DNA from: Verrucomicrobiota bacterium
GTDB taxonomy: Bacteria; Verrucomicrobiota; Verrucomicrobiia; Chthoniobacterales; Chthoniobacteraceae
NCBI GenBank assembly: GCA_041159065.1
Contig: JBEBAG010000288.1
Location: 380 to 64,379, forward strand
Length of the DNA stretch: 64,000 nucleotides
Direction: 5' to 3'
The notes beneath the pieces are model-generated. The model worked only from the letters and a program-made list of their open reading frames with translations, had not been told where the DNA came from and did not search any database. The stretch's first letter is position 1. The number at the start of each line of letters is the position of its first letter. Positions 45,841-54,493 of this stretch are shown one piece after another. Made by a program: the position numbers and the translations under genes.

Positions 45841-46637
45841 ATCCCACGAGTCTCGCGTTTGGAACTCTCAAGATCACAACCCCCGAGGGAATCACGTTTT
45901 CCATCAGGCTTGCCGGTCCTTTGAGTCGGGGGATGGCCGCAGCCTTGGATTTTGCGCTGGTCCTGGTGGTGTCCCGAATGCTGTCCAAAGGTTTGGCTCC
46001 GCTGGAAGCGGCCCTTCCGGATCTCGGAGCTGCCTTTGGGATGATTCTGCACTTCGTGGTATCCGTCGGCTATGGAATGGCTCTGGAATGGCGCTTCCAA
46101 GGACAGACCGTGGGCAAGCGGGTGATGGGGCTGCGGGTGATGGATGCGCGGGGGTTGCACCTCACCCACAGTCAGGTGGTGTTGCGCAATCTCCTGCGGG
46201 TTGTGGATCTGCTTCCCCTCGTGTACGCGGTCGGGGGCGTCGCCTGCTTGGCCAATCGGAGAGGACAGCGTCTGGGGGATCTTGCGGCGGGGACGGTTGT
46301 GGTATCGGTCGCGGCGGAGGCAGTTCCCGATGTACACGCGCTTGGGGCGCTTCGATATAATAGTTTCCGTCAGTATCCGCATCTGGAGGCGAGGCTTCGT
46401 CAGAAGGTGAGCGCGGCTGAGGCCAACCTGGCTGTGTCGGCTCTGCTCCGCAGGGAGGATCTGGAGGAGGCGGCCGCGGCCGAAGTGTTTGGGGAGATGG
46501 CTGCGACCTTTCGGAAGCGGGTGCGCTTTCCCGAGGAGGCGGAGCAGGGTTTGAGTTCCGAACAGTACGTGCGCAACGTGGTGGACAGTATTTTTCGGAG
46601 CGCGAGTCGCTCGGAGGGGGCGGGCCTCCGGCGCTGA
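45837..46637 (+). CDS. RDD-family membrane protein
   Basis: Track ORF 45684-46637, trimmed to ATG 45837 (ATGA overlap with the previous stop). LSRGMAAALDFALVLVV ... GQTVGKRVMGLRVMDARGLHLTHSQVVLRNLLRVVDLLP ... RGQRLGDLAAGTVVV. Confidence 0.85.
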   Translation: MNPTSLAFGTLKITTPEGITFSIRLAGPLSRGMAAALDFALVLVVSRMLSKGLAPLEAALPDLGAAFGMILHFVVSVGYGMALEWRFQGQTVGKRVMGLRVMDARGLHLTHSQVVLRNLLRVVDLLPLVYAVGGVACLANRRGQRLGDLAAGTVVVSVAAEAVPDVHALGALRYNSFRQYPHLEARLRQKVSAAEANLAVSALLRREDLEEAAAAEVFGEMAATFRKRVRFPEEAEQGLSSEQYVRNVVDSIFRSASRSEGAGLRR

Positions 46638-46799
46638 GGGATCGGGGCGGATGGGCAGTGACGCTTTTTGGCGGGCTTGAGTCGCGCCTCAGCAAATGTG
46701 AGCCGCGCAAATCACGCGCATACCTTTGCTTTGGAGAACGGGGGAGGCTGGCAACCGCGGCTTCTTTTTCGGATGAGACCCTGACGCGTCTCGGGGGCG

Positions 46800-47732
46800 C
46801 TAGCGGTTGTCGGCGGTTGCCGTCCCCGGATGGGGGGCGTCGAGAATCCGGACCTGATTGATGGACTTGAAGAGGGTGTGGTCGGCGTAAGTCCAGACGA
46901 CCTGCTTCTCAGGCGTGAGTTCGTAGAGGTGGGGTTTCTCGCCGGAAAGCCAGTCGCACAGGATGGTGTTTCCGTTGGGGAGGCGTTGGGCTCCGGTGAT
47001 GGAGTGGATGGGGGGATTGGGAAGCTCTTTTTCGGTGACGGACCAGACCACCTGTCCGGAGGGATCCAGCTCTTGGAATGCGCGGCCATAACCGCAGGTG
47101 ACGAGGTGGTGGCCGTTGGCGAGGGTTTCCAATTGCACGGGAGTTCCGGGAACCGGAAACGTGCGGACGATTTCCCCCGAGGCGGTGAGTTCGAGGAGGC
47201 GGCGATCGCTGCACATCGCCACGAGATAGTTCCCACTGGCGAGCTTGCGGGCGCCTCGGAACTGCGTGTGGGTGGAAAGGTTGGGCCGTACGGGCACGGG
47301 GACCTCGCGAACGACGCTGCCGGAGCGGTCGACCTCGACGAGTCGTTTGGTGCCACACTCGCCGACGAGCACGTTGCCATCAGGCAGGGGTTGAGCGGCA
47401 TGAACCTCCGTTCCCGGGGGAGCCTTGTATTCCCAGACGATCTGCTTGGCGGGGGTCACCTCTCTGGCACCGGAGGCATGGGAGAAGAGGATGTTTCCGT
47501 TGGGGAGAAGCCAGCAGTCCTGAGGGGCTTTGGCCTCGATGCGCCATTCGATTTGGCCGTCGGTTCCGACGATGCAGACCTGTCCGCCGGAGTAATCGGA
47601 GCAGAGGAAGCGGTGGCGGATGGGGGAGTCGGCGGCGTGGGAGAGGGGGGAAAGGGAAAAAAGGGGGGCGAGAGCCGAAAGGGTGGCGAGGGCGAGGGAG
47701 CGGGCAGAGGGCGGGATGCGGGTGGAGAGCAT
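46800..47732 (-). CDS. secreted beta-propeller repeat protein, unknown function
   Basis: Track ORF 46800-47861, trimmed to ATG 47732 (MLSTRIPPSARSLALATLSALAPLFSLSPLSHA signal peptide). Recurrent ...G.IVWEY / LPNGN.L blades. 13 nt downstream of the DUF1501 gene on the same strand. Confidence 0.6.
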   Translation of the reverse strand: MLSTRIPPSARSLALATLSALAPLFSLSPLSHAADSPIRHRFLCSDYSGGQVCIVGTDGQIEWRIEAKAPQDCWLLPNGNILFSHASGAREVTPAKQIVWEYKAPPGTEVHAAQPLPDGNVLVGECGTKRLVEVDRSGSVVREVPVPVRPNLSTHTQFRGARKLASGNYLVAMCSDRRLLELTASGEIVRTFPVPGTPVQLETLANGHHLVTCGYGRAFQELDPSGQVVWSVTEKELPNPPIHSITGAQRLPNGNTILCDWLSGEKPHLYELTPEKQVVWTYADHTLFKSINQVRILDAPHPGTATADNR

Positions 47733-47745
47733 GGGGGGAGCGGGG

Positions 47746-49164
47746 TTAGGCGATGATGTCTCGGATGGGGGTGCCATGGTCGACGGCGAGGCGTTTGCGG
47801 TCGGGCAGTTCGAGTTTGCGGGAATCCAGGCCGAGCAGGGTGAGGAGGGTGGCGTGGACATCGGTCACGAAGTGGCGGTTCTCGACGGCGTGGAATCCGA
47901 GCTCGTCGGTGGCGCCGTGGACATAGCCTCCCTTGACGCCGCCACCGGCCATCCAGATGGAGAAGCCGAAGGGGTGATGGTCGCGGCCGGCGTTGCCTTC
48001 GGAGCCGGGGGTGCGTCCAAACTCGGTGGCGAAGACGACGAGGGTGTCTTCGAGGAGACCGCGTTGGTCGAGGTCGGTGAGGAGGGCGCCGATGGGTTGG
48101 TCGACGGCACGGGCGTTGGATTCGTGGTTGGATTTGAGGTTGCTGTGGGCGTCCCAGGCGCCGCCGCCGCCCCCGCCGTGTTGGATTTGGATGAAGCGCA
48201 CGCCTTTTTCGACGAAGCGTCTGGCGGCGAGGAGTTGCATCCCGAAGTCGCGGCAGTGCGGGAGGTGAAGGCCGTAGAGCTGTTTGGTGTGCTCGGATTC
48301 CTTCGAAAAGTTCACGATCTCGGGGACGCTCATTTGCATCCGGTAGGCGAGCTCGTAGGAGGCGACCCGGGCGGCAGTGGCGGGGTCGCGAGGGTAGGCG
48401 GCCTCCGCGTGTTGGTTCAGCGAGCGGACGAGATCGAAGTGGAGTTTTTGAGTTTCCGCCGAGACGGGGCGTTCGGGGCGACCGAAGTCGATGGGGTTGT
48501 TCGGATCAATTCGGAGCGGCACGGAGTTGTGAGCCGGGCCGAGATACAGGGAGTCTTTTTTGTCGAGGTACTCTCGTTTTCCGATGGAGATGTACTGGGG
48601 GAGGTTCTCATTGAGGGACCCGAGCCCGTAGTGGACCCAGGCGCCGACGGAGGGGAACTCGCCATCGAGCAGGTTGCGTCCGGTGTGGAACATGGCCTGG
48701 GCCTCGTGGTTGCTGTCGGTCGTGAACATCGAGCGGACGACGGAGATTTTGTCGATATTGGCTCCGATGTGGGGGAACCAGTCGCTGACTTCGATGCCGC
48801 TCCGGCCGTATTTTTGGAAGCCGACCTGCAGGGGGTAGAGGAGGTTGCGTTGAAAGCCGGCCATGACGGAGGAGCGCTTGGCCACGTTTTTTTGGACATC
48901 GGCGAAGGGGGTCTCGGAGATGTTTTTCCCGGCGTACTTGGTGACCATGGGCTTGGGATCGAAGCTCTCGAGGTGGCTGACGCCGCCGTTCATGAAGAGC
49001 CAGATCACGCTTTTGGCTTTGGCCGGGAAATGGGGAATGCCAGTGGGCGGGGCCCAGGCGGAGGCGGAGGCGAGGGCGTCGCGGTGGAGCAGCGAACCGA
49101 GGGCGATGCCGGAGAGGCCCTGGCTCATGCTGGCAAGAAAATGGCGGCGGGAGAGGGAGTGCAT
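47746..49164 (-). CDS. DUF1501 domain protein (sulfatase/alkaline-phosphatase-like fold), Tat-exported
   Basis: [22 protein letters not shown]; [20 protein letters not shown]; [48 protein letters not shown]. Confidence 0.88.
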   Translation of the reverse strand: MHSLSRRHFLASMSQGLSGIALGSLLHRDALASASAWAPPTGIPHFPAKAKSVIWLFMNGGVSHLESFDPKPMVTKYAGKNISETPFADVQKNVAKRSSVMAGFQRNLLYPLQVGFQKYGRSGIEVSDWFPHIGANIDKISVVRSMFTTDSNHEAQAMFHTGRNLLDGEFPSVGAWVHYGLGSLNENLPQYISIGKREYLDKKDSLYLGPAHNSVPLRIDPNNPIDFGRPERPVSAETQKLHFDLVRSLNQHAEAAYPRDPATAARVASYELAYRMQMSVPEIVNFSKESEHTKQLYGLHLPHCRDFGMQLLAARRFVEKGVRFIQIQHGGGGGGAWDAHSNLKSNHESNARAVDQPIGALLTDLDQRGLLEDTLVVFATEFGRTPGSEGNAGRDHHPFGFSIWMAGGGVKGGYVHGATDELGFHAVENRHFVTDVHATLLTLLGLDSRKLELPDRKRLAVDHGTPIRDIIA

Positions 49165-49183
49165 CAGTTACAGGGGAAGGGGG

Positions 49184-51931
49184 TTAGCGAATGGTGACGA
49201 AGTCGGCGTGGTTCAGGAGTGCGGCGACGATTTGGACGCGCGCCACGTCGGGCGAGGCGGGCACGGGAGCGGGCTTGGGCAGGGCTCGGAACGCTTGGAG
49301 GGAGTCGAGGCAGAGTCGGCGTTCGACGTCGTCGGGAAGCCGGTTGAGGACGGACAGGAAGGCCCGATCGAGGAAGGCGGGGTCCGCGAGTTCGGCGGGG
49401 GCTTCCTTGGTGAGTCGGCTCACGATGGTGCGTGCGGCGTCCTGAACCATGGCGGCGTTGGAGAGGGCCAGGGCCTGCTGGGGGACGATGCTCTGATCGC
49501 GCCGGTAGCACACGGTCGAGTCCGGACCGTCGAAGGTGGCGAGGAAGAGGCTGCGATCGACCCAGTTTTGGGTGAAGTAAAGGCTGCGGCGCGTGGATTG
49601 CTCGCGGCCCTGCGCGGGCACGGAAGGGCCTCCGATGCGGGGCTCGAGCGTCCCGGCAACCGAGAGCACGCAGTCGCGGACGGCCTCGGCCTCCATCCGG
49701 ATGGAGTGTCGCCGCCACAGGAGCCGGTTGTCGGGGTCGATCTTCTCGGAAGTCTCAGCCCCGGCCATGGAGGAGGTCATGCGGTAGGTGGCGGAGGTCA
49801 CGATCAGGCGGTGGAGATGCTTCATGGCCCAAGGGGCTCCTTTGGGGGCGCCCTCGACGAGTTCGGAGGCGAGCCAATCGAGGAGTTCGGGATGGGTGGG
49901 GGCGGCTCCCTTGCGGCCGAAATCGAAGACGGTATTCACGAGGGGCTTGCCCATGTGGCGCAACCAGATGTGGTTCACGGCCACCCGTGCGGGGAGGGGG
50001 TTTCGGGAATCGGTGAGCCAGCGGGCGAGGGCAAGGCGGCGCCCGGTGCTCGTGGAGGGGAAGCCCGGGAACCGGTCCTCCTGATAGACTTTTCCAAACT
50101 GGGTGGCGCTCCATTTGGCGCCGGGCAGGGGTTCAAATTTCTCGCTGCTTTCACCGGCGGCCTTCGCGGCCTTGGCGAGTTCGGTGCGGGCCGCGGAGAG
50201 CTTGCCTTCGGTGGGCTTGCGCTTGTCGGGCGCGGTTTTGGCCAGATTCCACACGAGGTCGGCAATCTTGTGTTTGGCGCGAGCCACGGCGGCGTCGCGT
50301 TCGGACTGTGCGGCGGCCTTCGCCGTGGAGGAGACTTTTTCGGGAACGCCTTCCCAGGCGGCGCGCATGGCTTCGGCTTTGGATTGGGTGCTCTGGAATT
50401 CGGCCTGAGCGAGGTGCAAGGCTTTCTCTGCGGCGTCCCTTTCCAGGATCGCAAGCTCCTCGGCGGAAGGCGTGGCCGGGGGCAGGTTGGGCGATGAGTC
50501 TGACTGGGCGGGGTGGTTGGTCTGGGAAGACGCCTCGAGTTTCTGGTCAACTTTTGCCAGGGCCTCCTCGGCACTCCGGAGGCGCTGCCGGGAGGTTTGC
50601 ACGTGGGCCTCGAGCACCCAGGGGCGCCGGGCGGGATCGGTCTCGGTTTTGGGCAGGGAAACGGGTTGGACCGCGAGCGAGTCAAAAGCGAGCACCTCGG
50701 GCACGCCCGGGGGAATCACCCGCGACTTGTCGGGGCGCGTTTCGTCCCCGCGGGGGAAGAGGTAGGTGGGAGCGTTGGGTTCGGCGTCAAAGACGCGCGG
50801 GATGCCGTCCTCGTCGAGGTCGGCCTGACCGGGAGCGACGTCGAGGCGGACGTGGTAGGGCTCGAAGAAGGAACGCATGCGGTAGTAGTCCTCCTGCCGG
50901 ATGGGATCGTACTTGTGGTCGTGGCATTTGGCGCAGTTGAAGGTGAGCCCCAGGAACCCCTTGCCAAGGTGCTCCACGGTGGAGTCCATCCAGACGAGGC
51001 GGTTGAAGATATTGAAGTTGCGGGCGAGAAATCCGGTGGCGCGGAGTTTGGAGAGGTCGTCCGGGTAGAGCTCGTCGGCGGCGACCATCTGGCGGATCAT
51101 TTCATCGTAGGGGAGATCGGCGTTGAGCGATTCGATGATCCAGTCGCGCCAGTGCCAGAGATGCTTTTGGCTGTCGCGCGCGACGGTGTATCCCTGAAGA
51201 ATCCAAGCGTCGCTGTAGCGCCAGATGTCCATCCAATGGCGCCCCCAGCGCTCGCCGTAGCGGGGATCGTTGAGGAGGCGATCGACGGTGGGTTCAACCC
51301 ACGATGAGTCGGGGGCTTGGGCGACGGCGGCGAGTTCTTCCGCCGAGGGCGGAACGCCCAGGAGGTCGAGAAAGAGGCGGCGCAACAAAACCGCGCTCGG
51401 GGCCTCGGGCTGGGGGGTGAGGCCGGCTTTCTCGTGCGCTTGGGCGACGAAGGCGTCGATCGGGTTGCGGGCCCAGCGAGCGGCGCGTGCGGAGAGCGGC
51501 GGGATGGCGGGACGGGTGCGGGGCTGGAAGGCCCAGTGCTCGCGCGGATCGGCCTCGGGGCGTTCGTTGGCGGGAGCGGGAGCTCCCTGGGCGATCCAGT
51601 TTTGGAGGAGGCGGATTTGGGATTCGGAGAACGGTTCGCCCTCGTGCTTGGGGGGCATTTGTTCGTCGGGATCCTTGGAGAGGAGCCGCTCAATCAGAGG
51701 GCTCTTGGCGGCTTCCTTGGGGAGGAGGGCGGGGCCGGAATCGCCTCCCTTGCGCATGGCCTCGGCGGTGTCCAGGCGCAGGCCGCCCTTCTGTTTGAGA
51801 GCGCCGTGGCAGGCGTAGCAGCGTTCGCGCAGGAGAGGTTTGACGGAATGCTCGTAATCGACGGCACCGTGAAGCGGCAGGGCTGCGCAGAGGGCTGCGA
51901 ACGAGGAGCTGGCAAGGAGAGCGATCTTCAT
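49184..51931 (-). CDS. PSCyt1/DUF1549/DUF1553 (PSD1) planctomycete-cytochrome-type secreted protein
   Basis: Track ORF 49184-52129, trimmed to ATG 51931 (signal peptide MKIALLASSSFAALCAALPLHG). CYACHGALKQKGGLRLD, ARNPIDAFVAQAHEKAGL, FNCAKCHDHKYDPIRQEDYY. Confidence 0.88.
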   Translation of the reverse strand: MKIALLASSSFAALCAALPLHGAVDYEHSVKPLLRERCYACHGALKQKGGLRLDTAEAMRKGGDSGPALLPKEAAKSPLIERLLSKDPDEQMPPKHEGEPFSESQIRLLQNWIAQGAPAPANERPEADPREHWAFQPRTRPAIPPLSARAARWARNPIDAFVAQAHEKAGLTPQPEAPSAVLLRRLFLDLLGVPPSAEELAAVAQAPDSSWVEPTVDRLLNDPRYGERWGRHWMDIWRYSDAWILQGYTVARDSQKHLWHWRDWIIESLNADLPYDEMIRQMVAADELYPDDLSKLRATGFLARNFNIFNRLVWMDSTVEHLGKGFLGLTFNCAKCHDHKYDPIRQEDYYRMRSFFEPYHVRLDVAPGQADLDEDGIPRVFDAEPNAPTYLFPRGDETRPDKSRVIPPGVPEVLAFDSLAVQPVSLPKTETDPARRPWVLEAHVQTSRQRLRSAEEALAKVDQKLEASSQTNHPAQSDSSPNLPPATPSAEELAILERDAAEKALHLAQAEFQSTQSKAEAMRAAWEGVPEKVSSTAKAAAQSERDAAVARAKHKIADLVWNLAKTAPDKRKPTEGKLSAARTELAKAAKAAGESSEKFEPLPGAKWSATQFGKVYQEDRFPGFPSTSTGRRLALARWLTDSRNPLPARVAVNHIWLRHMGKPLVNTVFDFGRKGAAPTHPELLDWLASELVEGAPKGAPWAMKHLHRLIVTSATYRMTSSMAGAETSEKIDPDNRLLWRRHSIRMEAEAVRDCVLSVAGTLEPRIGGPSVPAQGREQSTRRSLYFTQNWVDRSLFLATFDGPDSTVCYRRDQSIVPQQALALSNAAMVQDAARTIVSRLTKEAPAELADPAFLDRAFLSVLNRLPDDVERRLCLDSLQAFRALPKPAPVPASPDVARVQIVAALLNHADFVTIR

Positions 51932-52127
51932 AGACCGAGCGAGGCGGTGTTTGGAAAGAGAAGAGGTCGGTGCCCCATGGGGGAGGGCGTTTCCGGGTGG
52001 GGAAGGATTTGGGAGGATGGGGAGTCGGGCTTTGGGGCCATCCCTTGGGGGAACTTCGGGCACTCTAGTGCGGTTGGGGGGGGCCTTGAATGGACGCCGG
52101 GGGGGGATTTCATGTAAAAAAACGACC

Positions 52128-53024
52128 ATGGCGGAGCTTCCCTACCATCACGACTGGCCCCTGGCTTTTGAGGCGCGGATGGGGATCCGTTTACACTGGT
52201 TTGGGCGGTATGCGGGCTATCCGGATTGGAGCGTGGAGCGCTCGAGGCTGATGGGAGACATGGTCTGTTTTTTCTTTGTGGAAAGGGAAAGCTGCTGGGT
52301 GGAGGTCAACGGGGTGCGTTGGGTGCTGAAGGCGGGAGATTTGATGGTGGTTCAGGGGGGGGATGAATTTTTCATGGGGCACGACCCCCGGCGGCCCCAC
52401 ACGAGTCTTTCCGCGGCTTTGGCCCTGGAGCGGGGCCACGAGGCGAACCTGTTGCGGCAGTGCGTTTTTGAGCGGCGGACTTCCCTCGCGGAGCCCGATC
52501 GCTACGTGGCTGAATTTGAAAAGGTGCTCGCGAGTTTCGGGAGCCGGAGTGAGCGACGGGATCTGCTCATCGCGGGAGCGATCGCGCAGTGGCTGGCCGT
52601 CCTGCTGGACATGATTTCACCGGGACGGGGCATCGGGTTCTCGGAGCACAGCACCCCGGTGGACCGGATTCTGGCGGCCGAGCAGTGGGCGATGGCGCGG
52701 CTGGCGGACTCGATTGCGATCAAGGAGTGGGCGGGAGCGGTGGGGCTCAACTCGGACTATTTTGCGCGGGTGTTTCGCAGGCACACGGGGCGCAGGCCCA
52801 TGGAGTGGCTCAACGAGCGGCGCCTGCAACGGGCCTCGCAGCTTCTGCTCAGCTCGCGTCAGTCGTTGATGGAGATCGCCGAGCGGTGCGGCTTTCGGTG
52901 CCCTTTCTACCTGTCCAAGCAGTTCAAGAGACACTACGGGCAGTCGCCAGCGGAGTACCGGCGGACGCCCCCTTCGGCACCGAGCGAGCCGGGAATTGCG
53001 AAGGGGGACAGGGAAGTGCGCTGA
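52128..53024 (+). CDS. AraC-family transcriptional regulator
   Basis: Track ORF 51951-53024, trimmed to ATG 52128 (MAELPYHHDW...). Cupin-like N-domain. C-terminal HTH pair IKEWAGAVGLNSDYFARVFRRHTGRRPMEWLNERRLQRASQLLLSSRQSLMEIAERCGFRCPFYLSKQFKRHYGQSPAEYRR. Divergent from the PSD1 gene. Confidence 0.85.
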   Translation: MAELPYHHDWPLAFEARMGIRLHWFGRYAGYPDWSVERSRLMGDMVCFFFVERESCWVEVNGVRWVLKAGDLMVVQGGDEFFMGHDPRRPHTSLSAALALERGHEANLLRQCVFERRTSLAEPDRYVAEFEKVLASFGSRSERRDLLIAGAIAQWLAVLLDMISPGRGIGFSEHSTPVDRILAAEQWAMARLADSIAIKEWAGAVGLNSDYFARVFRRHTGRRPMEWLNERRLQRASQLLLSSRQSLMEIAERCGFRCPFYLSKQFKRHYGQSPAEYRRTPPSAPSEPGIAKGDREVR

Positions 53025-53064
53025 GAGGGCGGGCGCGGGTCCGGCGGCGGCAGCGTGGACAAGA

Positions 53065-53087
53065 CCGGGAGGTGGGCCCTCTCCCGG
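53065..53087. terminator. GC-rich hairpin between convergent genes (possible bidirectional terminator, no T-run)
   Basis: CCGGGAG (53065-53071) / 9-nt loop / CTCCCGG (53081-53087), in the 80-nt gap between the AraC stop (53024) and the DUF1501 stop (53105). Confidence 0.3.
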
Positions 53088-53104
53088 AGGGGGTCGCCCG
53101 TTGC

Positions 53105-54493
53105 CTAGGACACGAGGTCTTTGACCACGCGGCCCTCAATGTCGCTGAGGCGGAAGTAGCGCCCGCCAAACAGATAGGTCAGATCCTCGTGCCGGATCCC
53201 CAGCTGATGCTGCACCGTCGCCCACAGGTCGTACACGCTCACCGGCTGCTCCACCGCGTGGTAGCCGAAGTCGTCCGTGGCGCCGTGGATGTGCCCGCCC
53301 TTGAATCCCCCCCCGGCTACCCAGAGGCTGAACCCGTACGGATTGTGGTCGCGTCCAGAGCCTCCCTGGGCAAAGGGCGTGCGTCCGAATTCGCCGCTGA
53401 AAATGACGATGGTGGACTCGAGCAGTCCACGGGCTTTGAGGTCGGCCAGCAGCGCGGCGATCGGCTGGTCCACTTGCTGCGCCATGTCCGCGTGCCCGAC
53501 GGCGAGGCTGCTGTGTTGGTCCCACGGGTTGACGGCGGGGAAGGTTTTCTTGGAGCCCTGCAGGCAGCTGAGCTCGATGAAGCGGACGCCGCGTTCGACG
53601 AGCCTTCGTGCCGTCAGACACTGGCGCGCATAGGCGGCTTGCTCGGGGTTGGCGGAGTCGAGGCCGTAGAGTTTGCGGGTCGCCTCGGTTTCACCCCGGA
53701 GGTCGCAGACCTCGGGCACGGAGGACTGCATGCGGAAGGCGGTTTCGTAATTGCCGATGGCGGCGTCGATGGCGTCCTGCTGGCCGAGTCGCGCGTTGTA
53801 GCGCTGGTCGAAACGGCGCATGGCGGCGATTTCGTCGCGCTGGGCCTGCTCGGAGTCGGCGGGTTTGAGGTTGGGCAGGGACGGGTTCCGGTCGACTGAG
53901 AGAAAGGAGGGCTGATGCTGCGCGGGCAGGAATCCGTTGCTGTAGATGCCGGAACCTCCGATGGGATCCGTGGCGTTGCCACTGCGCAGCACCACGTAGG
54001 CGGGGAGGTTCTGGTTCTCGCTGCCCAGCCCGTAGGACATCCAGGCGCCGGCGGAGGGATGGCCTTGGAAGGAGAAGCCGGAGTGGAAATGAAAGTTCCC
54101 CTGCGCGTGTTCGCTCGCCTTGCTGGTCATGGAGCGGACGAGGCACAGCTCATCGGCCATCCGGGCGATGCATGGAAAGAGCTCGCTGATGGGCATCCCG
54201 GATTGGCCATGGTTTTGGAAGGCCCAAGGGGAGGGCATGATGGTGCCGATGTCGTTGAACATCGTGGCTTTCACGGGCATCGGCATGGGCTTGCCGGCCA
54301 TCTCTTTGAGCCGCGGCTTCGGGTCAAACGAGTCCACATGGGAAACCCCGCCGGACATGTAGCAAAGAATCACGCTGCGCGCCTTGGGGGCGAAGTGGGG
54401 GGCAATCGGACCCGAGGCGGCGCGGGCAAGGTGGCTCAGACCGAGCCAGCCAAAGCCAAGGGAGGAGGTCTGGAGGAAACGGCGGCGGTTCAT
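53105..54493 (-). CDS. DUF1501 domain protein, Tat-exported
   Basis: Track ORF 53105-54712, trimmed to ATG 54493 (MNRRRFLQTSSLGFGWLGLSHL), which overlaps the upstream PSD1 stop (ATGA). VILCYMSGGVSHVDSFDPKP; VIFSGEFGRTPFAQGGSGRDHNPYGFSLWVAGGGFKGGHIHGATDDFG. Confidence 0.88.
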   Translation of the reverse strand: MNRRRFLQTSSLGFGWLGLSHLARAASGPIAPHFAPKARSVILCYMSGGVSHVDSFDPKPRLKEMAGKPMPMPVKATMFNDIGTIMPSPWAFQNHGQSGMPISELFPCIARMADELCLVRSMTSKASEHAQGNFHFHSGFSFQGHPSAGAWMSYGLGSENQNLPAYVVLRSGNATDPIGGSGIYSNGFLPAQHQPSFLSVDRNPSLPNLKPADSEQAQRDEIAAMRRFDQRYNARLGQQDAIDAAIGNYETAFRMQSSVPEVCDLRGETEATRKLYGLDSANPEQAAYARQCLTARRLVERGVRFIELSCLQGSKKTFPAVNPWDQHSSLAVGHADMAQQVDQPIAALLADLKARGLLESTIVIFSGEFGRTPFAQGGSGRDHNPYGFSLWVAGGGFKGGHIHGATDDFGYHAVEQPVSVYDLWATVQHQLGIRHEDLTYLFGGRYFRLSDIEGRVVKDLVS

